64,000 nucleotides of DNA from the human T2T-CHM13v2.0 reference genome, Homo sapiens (GCF_009914755.1 NC_060935.1); one strand, 5' to 3'. Numbered from the stretch's first letter, positions 15,118 through 29,455 are shown. The notes: generated from the sequence alone by a model not told the origin. Program-made: numbers and translations.

Positions 15118-17639
15118 GAAATGCATAGGAGTAAAAAAAAAAAAAAAAGACACTGATAAGTGTTAGGGAGAAAATATAACAAGGCAAAGTGATAGTGACT
15201 AGGCAGAGTCCCTGGTTAGCTGGGGCAGGGGTGAGAGAGGGTTTCAGGAAAGCGCTCACTGAGGTGGTGTTTGCACTGAAACCTGAAAGGCAAGGAGCCA
15301 GCCTTGCAGCCATCTGGGGAAAGAGCATTCCTGGGCAAGGGAAAAACAAGCGCAAAGACTCTGAGACAGAAACCACTTTGGCATCTTCAAGGGCAGAGGC
15401 TTGGGCAGAGTCAGACTGTGTGGGAAGCTGGATGCCTGGAGAGAAGGTCTCTATTCTTAGTGATAGGAAAGCACTGGGGGCAGAGCCAGCAGCAGCAAGC
15501 AGACTGGGGGCCCGGGGTGTGTGCATGTGAGAGGGTCTCTGCCTCCAACCTCAGTGTCAAGAGCATCAGCTCATGCTGCCTGCAGGGGAAAGAACAATGC
15601 GCAATCCAGTCTATGGCTCCCCACAAATGAATACCACACAGCGTGACCTCTATAGCAGAGAGGGAACCTACACCTTCTCCCTTCCAGTCTATCTTCCAGC
15701 AGGGTGAAAACTGAGACCCAGAGGTGAGTTGCTCAGTCACTTCCCAACACCGCCACACAGCCTGAGAAGGTCTCCAAATTGGCCTATAAACTATGAATGT
15801 GTTCTCTTTCCAGAGTGAGACTGAACAATTTCACAACTGTCTCCACCTCATCCCCACATGTCTTTTCTCCTGCTCTCTTCCTAGGTCCCAGGCTCTCTGC
15901 AGCTCCTGCCCTGGCTCACCCCAATGCAATGCCCTCAAGCGATTGCTTTCGCCTCATGGTAGATATTCTTGCTCCACTGTGAGCTGAAGTTAAGTTCTTC
16001 CATCTCCCTTACTATCTTTTCCCAAAACTTTTGTTTCACTTATTATCTCTACCAAACATTTTGGCAATGAATTCCATTCCGTCCTACTTTGTTCCCCAGT
16101 TTCTCTCCTTTGTCAATCTGCTCCCCGACCAGGCTCTCGGGTCTTGTACGGCACTATCTCCACTCACAGTACCAGGCAAGGGAGTTGCCCTGTAAGTGAA
16201 ATCTGTGTTTTCCTCTAAGATCCACCCCCAGCTAGCCCTTTGAGATCCCAGGGAAAACAATACACACAGAAGAAATTGTTATAAAACCAAACCTAGGTCA
16301 GAAACATTTCACCCCATTCTGAGAAAAGTGACAGTTCGATTTCTTGTTGTCTGGGTGGGATTAATATCACAGCAGAAATCAGCTTTGTCTGAAACAGCTC
16401 GAACTGAACGGATGAACACATTCATTTCCAGGCCTGCCTGTCATTCCCTCCCCTGGGCTGCCCTTATTTTGGGCTCCCTACTGGGCATGTGACTTGGAAT
16501 AGAGAGAAAGTCGACAAATGTGGGTTATGCTTCTTTTAGTTCAAGGCTGCTCCGCAATCCTAGAAATACAAATGTCTTTTCCTACCTTGCTTGGTGCCTG
16601 CTATTTTAACATCTGACAGTCTGGTTTTAGAGCAAAACATTAACAAAAGATGACACTCAGCACCCATTTAAAAGACTTTTACAGTGACTTTGACCCAGGA
16701 TGACACACAGCACCGATTTAAAAGACCGAACAACTGCTCTGACCCAAGTTTGCTTTGAGATAAGCCAAGACCCTAGAGAAGCTGGTGAAGCATCCTGCGA
16801 AGAGCTGGCCAACCACTTTCTCACCTGGAGCACAGATTCCATCACTTCTGTTTCCATCCGAGCGAGGTCATCACCACAGGGTAGGACAGGCTGGGGAACC
16901 ATGAATAACTCATTTCCAAATCTGGGTTAGACTCTTGCAGCAGGGAAGGGACCTACAAATTTTCCCTTCTGATCTCTCCTTGGACAGGGTGAAAATGAGA
17001 CCTAGATTCAGAGCCAGGCATCAAACAGGAAAACATGTAGTCTTGGAATACCTCTTTGGTGGCCTAATTATTTCTTCAATTATAACTACTGAGGGTCTAC
17101 TCTTCACCAAGCGTGGTTCCTATTATATGCTTTACCCTCTGGGCGTTTATTTCCCTTTCTGAATCCTCAGGCCCAAGAACACAGGCTACTGCTGTCCTCA
17201 CACACAGTCTGGTTTATTTGCTGTCCACTGTGACACTCCAGCCCGACCTCGGCAAAAGGGTGTAGGCCAGTGAATCCAGAAAACTCCAAGGCCTTCGTAA
17301 GAACATCATCATTTCAAAGACGCAAGAAAGGCTTAACCGTGAAATAACTCAATGCCCACACACCCTCACCCAGCACTCACGCACCCTCCAGCCTTTCATT
17401 CCATTTGGACTGAATGTGGACCCTTAACTCCTTTCTTCCTCAGTTTATAAACCTAAGTCTTTTGTGCCAATGTGCATCACCTGAGGTATATAGCAAAGCC
17501 ATAACATATAAAATGCAAGCTTAGAAAAGTGAGGATGTCACCTCTCTCAGGTCAGATGATTCAGGTATGAATCTTCATTTCCATAACTTCTGTCAAATGT
17601 GCCTTCAGTACTTGCTCTTCTATAATGTTTTTCCCCTTC

Positions 17640-18090
<451 letters not shown>

Positions 18091-18098
18091 CTCTACTA

Positions 18099-18217
18099 CT
18101 AGGGTGACCAATTAAATGGCTTTCTTGGGACTGTCCCAGTTTTAGCACTGAGAATCCTGCATTCCATGTCCTGAGGAACCCACAGGACATGGGCAAACAG
18201 GATGCTTGGTCACTGTA
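18099..18217. mobile_element. MER81-like hAT MITE
   Basis: Termini tagggtgaccaa…ttggtcactgta; gggactgtcccagttttagcactga. Confidence 0.7.
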
Positions 18218-18619
18218 TGCGTGAAACAAATCTCAAATCTCAAATCTTCCCAGAGAAGACAGCCTTACCTGGCAACCATCTTTCAGGGAAAGCTCACTGA
18301 CTGCCCACCCGATGTGCTGGGGTGGGGATGAAACACAGAAGCCATAAGCCAGCACAGAGCCCTGCTGAGTGCGGTGGGGTGTGGCTGCCACTCATAATGG
18401 GGCTCCTGGTCATGTGGGGCAGTAGGATGAGTAATGATTCAGGAGCCAGAAGACCTGGCTTCGAGTTTTGATTTGACTAACTGGCTGTGGTAACACCAGA
18501 AAAATTTCTTAACCTCTCTGATCCTCATCTGCAAAATGAAGGCTGTCATCTGTCTCATAATGTTATCTTGAAGATTAAATGTGCTAACATAGGGATAAGC
18601 ACTTAGCCTAGAAATCATA

Positions 18620-18926
<307 letters not shown>

Positions 18927-20968
18927 GAAATAATATTTTTAAAATCCCACCAAAATTTTCTGTGCTCATTAGCTGACTTGTGTTTCTTCTGCTCATGCTG
19001 CCTCAGTGATACCCAGGCAAGGTTAGTGATGAACAGGGTGAACCTGGCGAGGCGGAAGCAAAAGAGGAAAGGAGAGGAAGAGGGCCTTAAACTCCATGCA
19101 CCACGGAAGGAGCTCCTGAATTGGCTCAGAGCCCATACACGACTCTTGCCATTCTCTGCAGAGGACCTAAAAGGGCCAGAGAAGGAGTCAGTCAACATTG
19201 CTGGGAGGGCTTTGACCACTAATAAGGCTAAAGTTCAAACTAAAGCTGAAAGGAGAGGCCACATGTCCTAAAAATTACTAAGTGAAAAGTGAATCAGCCA
19301 ACCTTCTCCTGGAACGGGATTTTACATGCATTCATACATTTGTTTGTTCCCTCATTCATTCATTTGGCAGGAATCTAACATGTGCCAGCCGCTCACCGGG
19401 CTTGGTATTCCTGACAATACGACACTGTTCCCTGCTCACAGTCACCAGGAAAGACAGAGAACCCCAAACTGTACCATAACATGCCACAAACTATTCTAAA
19501 GGTGTGGACAAGGTGCTCTCGGGGCTGAGAGGGGCGAGCACAGCTCTGTGTCTGGAGAGTCAGGAAAGCCTCTGTAGATGAGGCGGCGGATGGGAGGGAG
19601 CTGGTCAGGGTAGAAGTGGTGAAGAGGTGGCTGGTCACAGGGGATGGAAGGTAACAGCGTGGAGGTCTTCAAGAACAGGGTGGGGGACCAGGGGACAAAG
19701 CACCACTATTAGCTTAGGCTGAGGAGAGCAAAGGCTTTCAGGAGTGGGTGCCTCGCAGAGGTTGTGCAGTGAGAATTTGGGAGAGTTGGGGAGGGAGGGA
19801 GAGAGGAAAAGGGGCAATACATGAAAGATGAGCTTGACGGAGTTCACGCTGGTCTTTGTTCTCTGTCTGTCTGTCTTGTTAAGTGCCAGATCTGAGGGCA
19901 GGCCAATTTGGCGCCAGGGGAGAGAGAGAGAGAGAGAGAGCAGGAGGAAGGTCAGGCTGAGGCAGCAGCATGTGGGGACGGTCACCTGCATTCCTCAGGG
20001 CTTGGGAAGCTGCAGGACTCCGGGAACAGGGTGTGAGAGGCAGTGGAGCAGAGAAGGAGGCTGCGGAGAGGTGGCCTCGTTTCCGGCCTCCCCTCCCTGG
20101 GGATGGAGCGGAGGCAAGGCGGGAGCCGGCTGCCCTTCCCTATTGGTGGGAGTGGAGTCGGGTAGAGCTCCCCCAGGGGAAGGCAGATGGGTACCAGGCC
20201 TCCGCTGAAAACCCGGACTCTGCCTGCCTGGCCCAGGACTTCATTCTGAGTGGGAATTCTAGGCTCGCAGGAATCTGGGACACCAGTTTAGCCCTCTTTA
20301 ATGAGGAGAAAAAATCGCACTTTGCTGTTCAGGTCAGTGGGAAGAAAAAAACAAACAGATTTTTCTTCTCACCTTGAGGTTTTCCTTTCCTCCTATTTAA
20401 AAAGCAAACATAATTCAACACATCTTGTATTTGGGTGTAGGGCTCATTGGAGTTTAATTTTGATCAGGACAAATGACTGCCTGGAAACTGGGGGTGAGGA
20501 ACTTGCAGCTCCCACAGGCCAGGCCTCTCAGTGGCCTCCTGTCTGTCTGTGTGTCACTGTACCTATGTGACCTGGCTGCCTCGTCATGCCTACTTCCCAG
20601 ATCAGTGCTGAAGAGGGCAAACTCTGCTCGCGTCTGCTGTTTTGCTCTATTCAAGCTGTACAGCCTAGGATGGAATACCTTACCTCTTATGTCTCACTTT
20701 TGTATCCTGTAATATAGGGACAATAATACCAATCTCACAGGTTGTTTAAGAATATAAGAAATTACTTGTCTGGAAGTCCCTAGCACAATGCCTAGTCCAT
20801 AGTACTTGCTCAGTTAAACATTACTTAACACTGAAAGCAGAAACGAACCAACCAGTTATAAGCCCAGGCTGGGGCAGCCTAAGTTGGCACAGGCACTCGG
20901 GGGCATGAGTCAAGAGGGTAGAACCCAGGAAAAGAAGACTCACAGCTGTGATATGCCAAGCAGCGTAG

Positions 20969-21397
<429 letters not shown>

Positions 21398-21544
21398 TAA
21401 AGGACACTAGGGACTCACCTATAGGGTGAGGAACCACAGTGGCCAAAGCCCCAAATGCTGGTGCTGATGGCCTGGTGGTCGCTGACTTCAAGCAGACCCT
21501 CCAGATACCCATGAACTGACCCTCCCCCAGAAAGGAAACTCATG

Positions 21545-21760
21545 ATAATAACAACAGACATTCATTTACTATTTATTACGTACCAAGCAGAGCGTTAAAA
21601 CTCTTACGCATCACCTCATGTAATTTTCACAAAAAAACCTCTATGACATTGTTACTAGATGCAGTGGCTGATGAGAAACCTAAGGTTGGGGAGGTGAAGT
21701 AACTTGCCCAAGGTCACACAATTTTCAAGTAGACAAGCCTGGCTTCCAGCAGGGTCTGGG
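21545..21760 (-). mobile_element. MIR
   Basis: gaggtgaagtaacttgcccaaggtcacaca core. Confidence 0.7.
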
Positions 21761-22936
21761 GAGCCCAGGGGCCAATTCTTACAGCGGTTGCTCCATGGCT
21801 GGTCTACATGGAAGCCGTGTGCGCCTTCCCTGCTGTTCCCTTGAAGAGTGATTGGAAATAATTGGAACTGTCATTGGAAGTAATGAGAAGTGACAGAGGT
21901 TGGGTTAGAAGGCTTATTGCTCTAAGTCTGAACGATCCCCACAAACCCAAGCCTATATTTAAACAATGAAGTCACAAAGCAATTTCTCTCTCAGGGATTT
22001 CATTTTTCCCTCTTTCCTCCCCTACCAAGAAAAGAAGTATGACTACACTGGGGCTGAGTCTCTGCTTAGTACAGTGAATTTCTCCTGGAACAGAAAAATT
22101 CCTCTTTGGCTTGATCCTATTCATTTTCCCTGTGGAGTAATAAGATACAAACCTGGGGTGAGTAGATGGCCATTCTTAATTAAGAGATCCAAATTCACAG
22201 ATACATTTTTTTTCTTTCTTTTTTTTAGAAAACATCCCATGAGAGATGAGGACTTAGAGGTAACTGTGTCACTGGCAGGTTGTGATGAAGAATGAGACCA
22301 TAACCTTCAATAGGCAAGGACATTGGGAGTCTCAATCTCTCCAGGAAGCTCCTGGCTGAATGCCAAGGATGCACTGATTAATTCTACTCATTTCTGACGC
22401 TGATGGGTGATCCATCAACCCACCAACTGCTTATTTAGCGTGATCTCAATAATGAGCAAGTGCTGTGAGGGGCACAGGAATATCAGACACAGTCCCCGAA
22501 GACCTGCATGAGAAGAAATACACAGCAGCCAGCACATAATGAAGCAGCTTCCTCTTTGGGACTGCTAGAATCCTTGGTACTTTCCTCCAAAATAGCCTCC
22601 TCATGTATCTGACATTCCTTGTTCGTGAATACGTCTCTCCCACTGAGCTGAATTCTTAGAAGGTAGAAAGGGTGCCTTTTGTACGATCGGGGTCTCAGAG
22701 CCCAGCTAGGGGCCCGAACTCTAGCAGGCGCACCGGCTCTGTAATTGTTTTGTGTGAGACAGCGTGTGCCTGAAGTAGGAAATGTTACAGCTTGGATGTA
22801 AGCCCTAAAGAAGATCTTAAAAGGGACATCACTGAGCTGCTCCCACCATCCGTGAAATAGAACGCGCTCAGAGGCTGCTCTGTAAACACCAGGAGGTCAG
22901 CTTAGCTTGGCTTTTTCATCCCCTACAGTCTCTGTG

Positions 22937-23008
22937 CCTTCCTCCTCCTCTTCCTCCTCCTCTTCCTCCTCTTCTTCCTCCTCCTCCTCCTCTCCTTTCT
23001 TCTCCTCT
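22937..23008. repeat. (TCC/TTC)n homopyrimidine tract
   Basis: 72 consecutive pyrimidines. Confidence 0.92.
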
Positions 23009-23829
23009 GCCACCGTTCGTGACCTGAACTTTCCACATCCCCCTTGCTGCCGCTCTTTACAAAAACCCCCAATATTCCACACCCACTGAGGGACTATTCT
23101 GAAGATAGTTGCCCATTTTCTCTTCTCAGTATGGGCACAAAGGAAACAGCTTTCTCCCCTGCCTGCTGTTGAAACAAAGGAGCATTCAGTCTTCTCACCG
23201 CCAGGCTTTGGCTGAGGCTCCACACACAGTGACCCAACCGACTGCTGCTAACAAAATAAAGGTTTCATCTCGGCTTTCTCCCCCATTTTGGTCTGTGTGG
23301 TGCCAAAGGAAATAAACTTTTATTTTTCCAGTATCCAGACATCCAGATAACCAGAACTTGAAGGGGAGGAAGCTATGGTTTGCATTTTTTCTTTAGGAAA
23401 CAAGTAAGTCAGAGGTGCTGAAAACAGGACTTTAAGCAGAAAAAGCAACATATGAGGTGAGTCATACCCAATCCATAAACCTCATCATCCACAGTCTCAG
23501 GATAGTGTCAGCAAGGGAAGCTCATGCATCTGACCCCAAAGCATCTGACCTCTTGGACACTAGAAGGGTCTTCTGACGTATTAGAAGGAACACTAGTAAT
23601 CCATACATGATGTGTGTAGAAGTAGTTCTCAGTTATAAACAATAGTCATCCAAACACATTTCTTAACCATTGGAATGGAGTGGGGGAAGGGGATGGGTAA
23701 TAAATGTTTAGCAGAACTTTCCACTTTGGGGTTTAAAGATGAAGCCTCCGCTTCACCCTGATCCACTCTTCTCAGTAACACAGAGCCTTGATTTCAGAAT
23801 AACCATGTGTCTCCTGGTAAGTGGAAAAC

Positions 23830-24050
23830 ACATGGTTTTTGGAATCCAAAGTCCTGGGTTGGTGTCCTAGCTCAGCTGTTTACTCGCAGTGTATTCTAGA
23901 GAAAGAAGCTCACTTTACTTCTCTGAGCCTCCATTTATGTATCTGTGAAATGGAGTAATAATAATACTTACTCTCAAAGAGTGATTTGAGGTGAGATAAG
24001 GTATGTTAATATACTTCGTAAACTACTAAACCTTGTACAAATGTTAGAAA
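23830..24050 (+). mobile_element. MIR
   Basis: ctctgagcctcc…atctgtgaaatggagtaataata core. Confidence 0.65.
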
Positions 24051-24245
24051 TTAATTATACTGTCATAATATTCCTGCCCATATAATCCCCTCTCAGAGTA
24101 CTACAAGTGGGCTGGTAATATATACATCTCATATTTCAAAATCCAACCACAAGTTCAAATCTAGGCAAGGAATCCATTAAGCTGTACATTTACTAGGTAT
24201 GCTTTATATGCACATTTTGCCTTAATTTTAAAAGTAGAAGAAAAT

Positions 24246-24538
24246 GGCCAGGCACGGTGGCTAATGCCTGTAATCCCAGCCCATTGGGAGGCCGATGATC
24301 ACTTGGGGTCAGGAGTTTGAGACCAGCCTGGCAAACATGGTGAAACCCCATCTCTATTAAAAATACAAAAAATTAGCTGGGCGTGATGGTGGGTGCCTGT
24401 AATCCCAGCTACTCAGGAGGCTGAGGCAGGAGAATCGCTTGAACTCGGAAGGCAGGGGTTGCAGTGAGTGGAGACTGTGCCACTGCACTCTAGCCTAGGT
24501 GACAGAACAAGACTCTGTCTCAAAAAAAAAAAAAAAAA
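24246..24538 (+). mobile_element. AluS
   Basis: Full Alu with A tail and a small left-arm deletion. Confidence 0.9.
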
Positions 24539-25514
24539 CAAAGCTCCTGCTTACAAATAGTTTTATACCGTAGCCCCTCTGCACTGAAGTCTATCCTAGG
24601 TGTCCATGCTTGAGGCTGTTCTGTAGGTAACCCTGCTTAAGATGAGGTCCTTTTGGTGAGTATTTCAGTTACTGAACTTCCTGGGTGGGGGGATCGGGCC
24701 ATCACCCTGAACCTGAATGGTGCTCCATGGCTAACAGTGCCGCAGGGCAGTTCCAGGATGGAGATTACTACTGTTTTCTTCCAATTAGTTCGTTGACCCT
24801 TCTTGGTTTATCATCATGTGCTACCAATTGCCATGAGTGAACAGTGCCTGAAAAAATCAATAAGCAGGGTAACACCCATCTGTTCCTGATGACAACCACA
24901 TCTGGACCAGCCAGAAAATTCTCAGAATTAAAAAAAATTCAGAGAATGTTACTGGTATAAGGAAACTTAGAGATAACCTTAATCTCATATTTTCATTTTA
25001 CAAAGGAGAAAACTAAGGCTCAGAGTGGTATGATTTTCCTAGGCTCACCCAGAAGAAATGATTAAGGAGCTAAAGCTATTGATTTCCAGTCCTGTTCCTT
25101 GTACACATACACCCACATCTTTGGGACTTTGAGTATTAATTCCTTTCTCCTGAATACACCAGACATACATGACACTGCAGAGTTCCTAGGACTTCCAGTT
25201 ACGTTGGCAAAATTGAAATGTTATGACGCCTGCCTGATTTTTCAGGCAATTTCTCATATAATAAAAACCAATGCCAATTATTCAGCATTTAGCTCACTTA
25301 ACTGAAGCATCACAAGAGCAGCTGTGATCTTGAAGCTTAAGTACATGAGCTGAAAAGGAAGGAGAGACATTTTTCTATTTCAAAAATGTGTAATAGGATC
25401 ATGGAATTCGGGTTCCAGTCTTGGCCCTTCTACTAAGCTAGCTGTATAACCTTAGCCAAACCTCTCTGAACTTTGGTTTCTTCTTCATCTTAAAAGAAGG
25501 CATAGATTTAGATG

Positions 25515-25680
25515 AAAGATTAACTTGGGTTCCAAGGAAAAGTATCAGGAGGTCTCAATGAGGTCTTAAATATTATTGGCAAATTTGATGTATACATGTC
25601 TTTTTCTAAGAAGTTGGTTTTGTGATTTTCATCAGATTCTACAAAGGGTCTGGGACTCAAAATTTTAAGAACGATTGATT
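25515..25680. mobile_element. MER103C-like hAT-Charlie fossil
   Basis: ttttcatcagattctacaaagggtctgggactcaaaattttaagaac. Confidence 0.6.
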
Positions 25681-26289
25681 TAAACAGTCTCTTAGTTTTC
25701 CTCCAGTTCTGGCAATCTTTGACTCTACCTTTAAAAAATATCCATCATCACTAGATGCATTCATGAAATAATACTCATGTGTACCCTGCCCAGATAAGCA
25801 CAAGACAAAAATAGGATATGACTAGATATAAGCCTACAGGGAATATATCGTTATTATGACCATCACCATTAAAGTGGGAAGATAAGGGTAGGACATGGAA
25901 TCCTACTGAGACCTGTCGTTATCTTACAGACCAATGGACTATGCATTCATGCCTTCTTCAAACTCACTTTCTGCGAAACCAGGCTCCTTCCCCGTGCTGG
26001 CAGAAGTTTCAACAGGTAAGTCTATTTTTAATCTGGTACTAGCACACACGATATACAAAATAAATTTGTATGACAAATATATTATCTGGTCCCTATCCCT
26101 GTAATGTTCTTTGTGAATTTTTTAAAAATAGGACTGGTCCTATTTGCATTAATAGACAAGGAAGCTCAAAGCAAGCTGAATTAAAACTGGGCTCCTCACT
26201 ATTGGGTTATCCCGCAGTCAAAGGTTAGTGATCTTCCAAATTTTTCACCTCTCTTGACCTTAAAGATTTCAAATACTTCAAAAATCCAA

Positions 26290-27100
26290 TTATCTCTTAA
26301 CAAATAGTTCACAAGTGTTTATGCAAGGTACTGAACATGGTTCACAGGTGAATGAGACACTGTCCCTGCCTTCATGGAGCTTCCATTCTAATGGGGTGTT
26401 AGATAAGCATTTGGAACACCATAATACAAAGTAGCATAAGAGGAAGGCTATTGGGATTCAAAGGTCAAATAGACTACTCAAAAGAAAAAAAGTATATTCA
26501 GCTGGTGAAACCATGGACAGGTGTATGGAGGAAGTGGCATTTGAGGTGAGACTTGGGGAATGAACATGATTTTGATCTGCAGTGGCAGGAAATAAGGAGG
26601 CAGTTTTGGTGGGGGGATTATCATAAACAAAAGCATAGAATTAGAAAGAAGCATGGGACATGTTTTGGGCGCATGAAGTAATTCAGGTTCCCTACCGAGT
26701 ATCTGGGGGTGAGTAGAGGAAGAGCTGTGAATGACATTATGTAAAGTCTTTGATGTCAGAATGAAGTGTTTATACTCAACACTAAAAGCAATGAGACTAC
26801 TAAAGGTTTTTGGAAGAAGGGAGAAAAACCATAGAATTATAGAAATTTTGAATTGAACATTCCCCCACCCCTATGCCCATTGTACAGACAAGGGAGTCAG
26901 AATAAGAACCAGAGAGGTTGCCAGACTCTTAAGTTCCAGCTTCGTGCATTCTACCAGCGGCCTCACAGGGTTACTCGGGTAGCAGTGTGCAGGATGGAGG
27001 AGAGAGGACAGGCAGGACAGGAACGTGGCAGCTACTATAGTCATCCAGGAGAGAAGTTAAGGTGGCACAATGAGGGCCGGAACGTTACGGGAGTGAGGCA
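26290..27100 (-). mobile_element. L2 fragment
   Basis: gtccctgccttcatggagcttccattctaatgggg and other L2-like phrases. Confidence 0.55.
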
Positions 27101-27649
27101 GGATAGTGGGTCAGAAGAGGGGCTGAGCTGGAGCTCCTTCTCTCTTCTCCATGGGGCTCAGAGCACTTCTTGTTCATTCACATCAGAGAGGTGGGTTATT
27201 TGACCTCACTCATTGGCAGGTCCAGGAAACATGGAGTCAACTGTCCCACAGTTCAGACGATGAACACTCTCCACCCTCCCAGCCCCTGTTTGATACTGTG
27301 CAATCTTTAGAAAAAGAGAAGCCAAAAACCATGCCAGCCAGGATCAGAAGCAGCCCTGGAACTGCCCCTTTAAAGGACCAGTATGATGATTTCAGGATTC
27401 AGACAACTTGCTGTGTTTTCTTTCTGCCTTTGCTGAACAGTGTCCGAGCATTCCATGGCTCCAAACCATTTCTTAAGTAAGGACAGGTGCTCAAAAAGTG
27501 CAAATTTTTTTTCCCTTTCCCAGACCTCTCTCCTATAGGTCACGCTGACATCTTACATTCCATGAAGAGGATGGTGAGATCGAAGAGCCAGCCAGGTGTG
27601 GCAGAGGGTAAGCACTTTGAGAATCTCTGCAGCCACAGGAGGCTGTAAA

Positions 27650-27890
27650 GCAATGCGCTTTAGCAAGCTTTCTCTGGAAGCAGGCAGCCTGCGCTCAAAT
27701 TCCGTCTCCCCTAATTATGAGTGTGTGGCCTTGAGCAAGTTACCTGGCCTTTTTACAGCTTGGTTTCTTCATCTGTAAAATGAGGGTAGCCAACAAGGAT
27801 GGCTGGGCAGCCAATAGGCTTGTTGTGAAGAACAAACGAATTACCAAGATAGTACATATAAAGTGTTCATATAACAAGGACTATTAGCTG
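27650..27890 (+). mobile_element. MIR
   Basis: ggccttgagcaagttacc…ttcttcatctgtaaaatgagg. Confidence 0.7.
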
Positions 27891-29427
27891 TTTTTAATAA
27901 GAGAGCCCTGAAGTTTCATTCTACTAAATATCTGGTGATTGGTAACCTAGTGGTAGAGTCCAGTAAAGGGAATCAAGGTGCCATCCAGCTGCGCCAGATG
28001 TGCACAGGAACAGTATTGCAGTATTTGGTTAAGTCTAAAAGAGTTTAGAAAATAACCCCTCCCCACCTGCCTTACTTGAGCAATAGTTTGGCTTAGCCCA
28101 CCTCTTTCATTTCTCTAACTTGAGTGATTATCAGCCTGAGGCTGGCCAAGATGGGTATGCATACAGTCTAATTGGTTTGTAAAGTTTCAAAAAAGACAGA
28201 GAACTCTAACCACGTATTTCAGGATTTGGTGGTTCTTCTAGACACCAGCCTCCTTCAAACCTCTGGTGTTGTAGGCTAGAAGGGACTTAGGAACCATCTA
28301 GTATTCTCTTTCCAGAGCTAAAGACGTGGAAGCCCTGGATAAGGAGTAAGTTGTCTGAGGCCACCCAGCTAGTCAGTTCAAAACCAGGACCAGCTCTCCC
28401 GTGGCCTGGTGTTCAGGGTAGTGCTCACTCTTGACCACTGGCTGGCTCTTTGATCTTCTGATCTCCAGCTAACTGTGGGGCCTGTCTGCAGTGGATCCCA
28501 TGCTTCAGGGTGCATAGTGACGTGCCCTTGGCTCTCCCTGACTGCCTTTCCTGCCCTGGCTCCTCAGACATTCCCAGTCACTCCGGTGGGCTCCTACCAC
28601 CCACATCCCTGATGTCCTCTCCTGCAAACCTGCCTCTGCCTCAGGGCCTCTGAGGCCCCAAGAGTCCTGCCTGGGGGACCCCAGGAAGGGACGCTCAGGA
28701 GGACTCTTCCCTTTGCTCTGGAGCCTGTTTCAGGAAAAAGTGGTGCTTGCTCTATTTCCCTCTGTTCTGGTTCCTCTGCTGCGTTTTTTCCAAGTCTTCT
28801 TCACTCTCTGTGCTCGGTCTCCCCCAGCCTTGCTCTTCTGTTTTACATTCCTGTTCTCCTCTTTTTCTCTCTCCTTCCCAACCCTTCCCCTTTCCCCTTT
28901 TCCTTCCTTCCCTGTGTGACTTGGGGCATTTGCATCTTCCTGGTGCTCCTTGGGCCCTGCCCTTTTTCCCTCTCCCCTTTCCTCTCCAACCCTGCCTATC
29001 CCCCACTCTGCTCACCCTTTAACACATCTGTTTCTAATCTGAGCCTCGGAGGCGCCTGTTTGAAACAACAACAAAAAACCCCCACCCTCAGGAACCTGGC
29101 ACAAAAATTCCTGGATAAACCTTCCCTCCACCAATTCTCCACTTTTCCCAGATACACCAGAAACTAAACACCGCCCTAAAGAGGACCCTGCACATCAAAC
29201 GGTTCCCCAAGCCTGTTCTAGGGCCCAGATGTGCGAGACAATCTCGATGGCCGACTGGGCGGCCCTCGGTTGCCAGATGTGCTCCTCCGTGGCCAGGAGG
29301 CAGGGACTGAAAAGCCGGCTGACTCCAGGGGCTGCAGGGACACCCGGTCAGAACCGGCGTCTTTCCCGGACGCAGGGCTGCGTTTGCCCACGGCCATCCA
29401 AACTCCCGCCCTCCCAGAGGCACTCAC

Positions 29428-29455
29428 CTAGCAAGAGGAGAAGGAGGAGGGACAT
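29428..29455 (-). CDS. CLMP: CLMP exon 1 coding part (signal peptide start, MSLLLLLLL + first base of codon 10)
   Basis: Minus strand ATG TCC CTC CTC CTT CTC CTC TTG CTA G followed by consensus donor GTGAGT (29427-29422). Matches the recalled CLMP N-terminus MSLLLLLLLVSYY. Lies in a CpG island; G at -3. Confidence 0.95.

Noticed and set aside
22897-23223. Poly-Glu / poly-Ser ORFs
   Set aside because: These are translations of the (TCC)n microsatellite.
26030-26070. Faint U6-like phrase (agcacacacgatatacaaaat)
   Set aside because: Too short and divergent; no further snRNA similarity or TSD.
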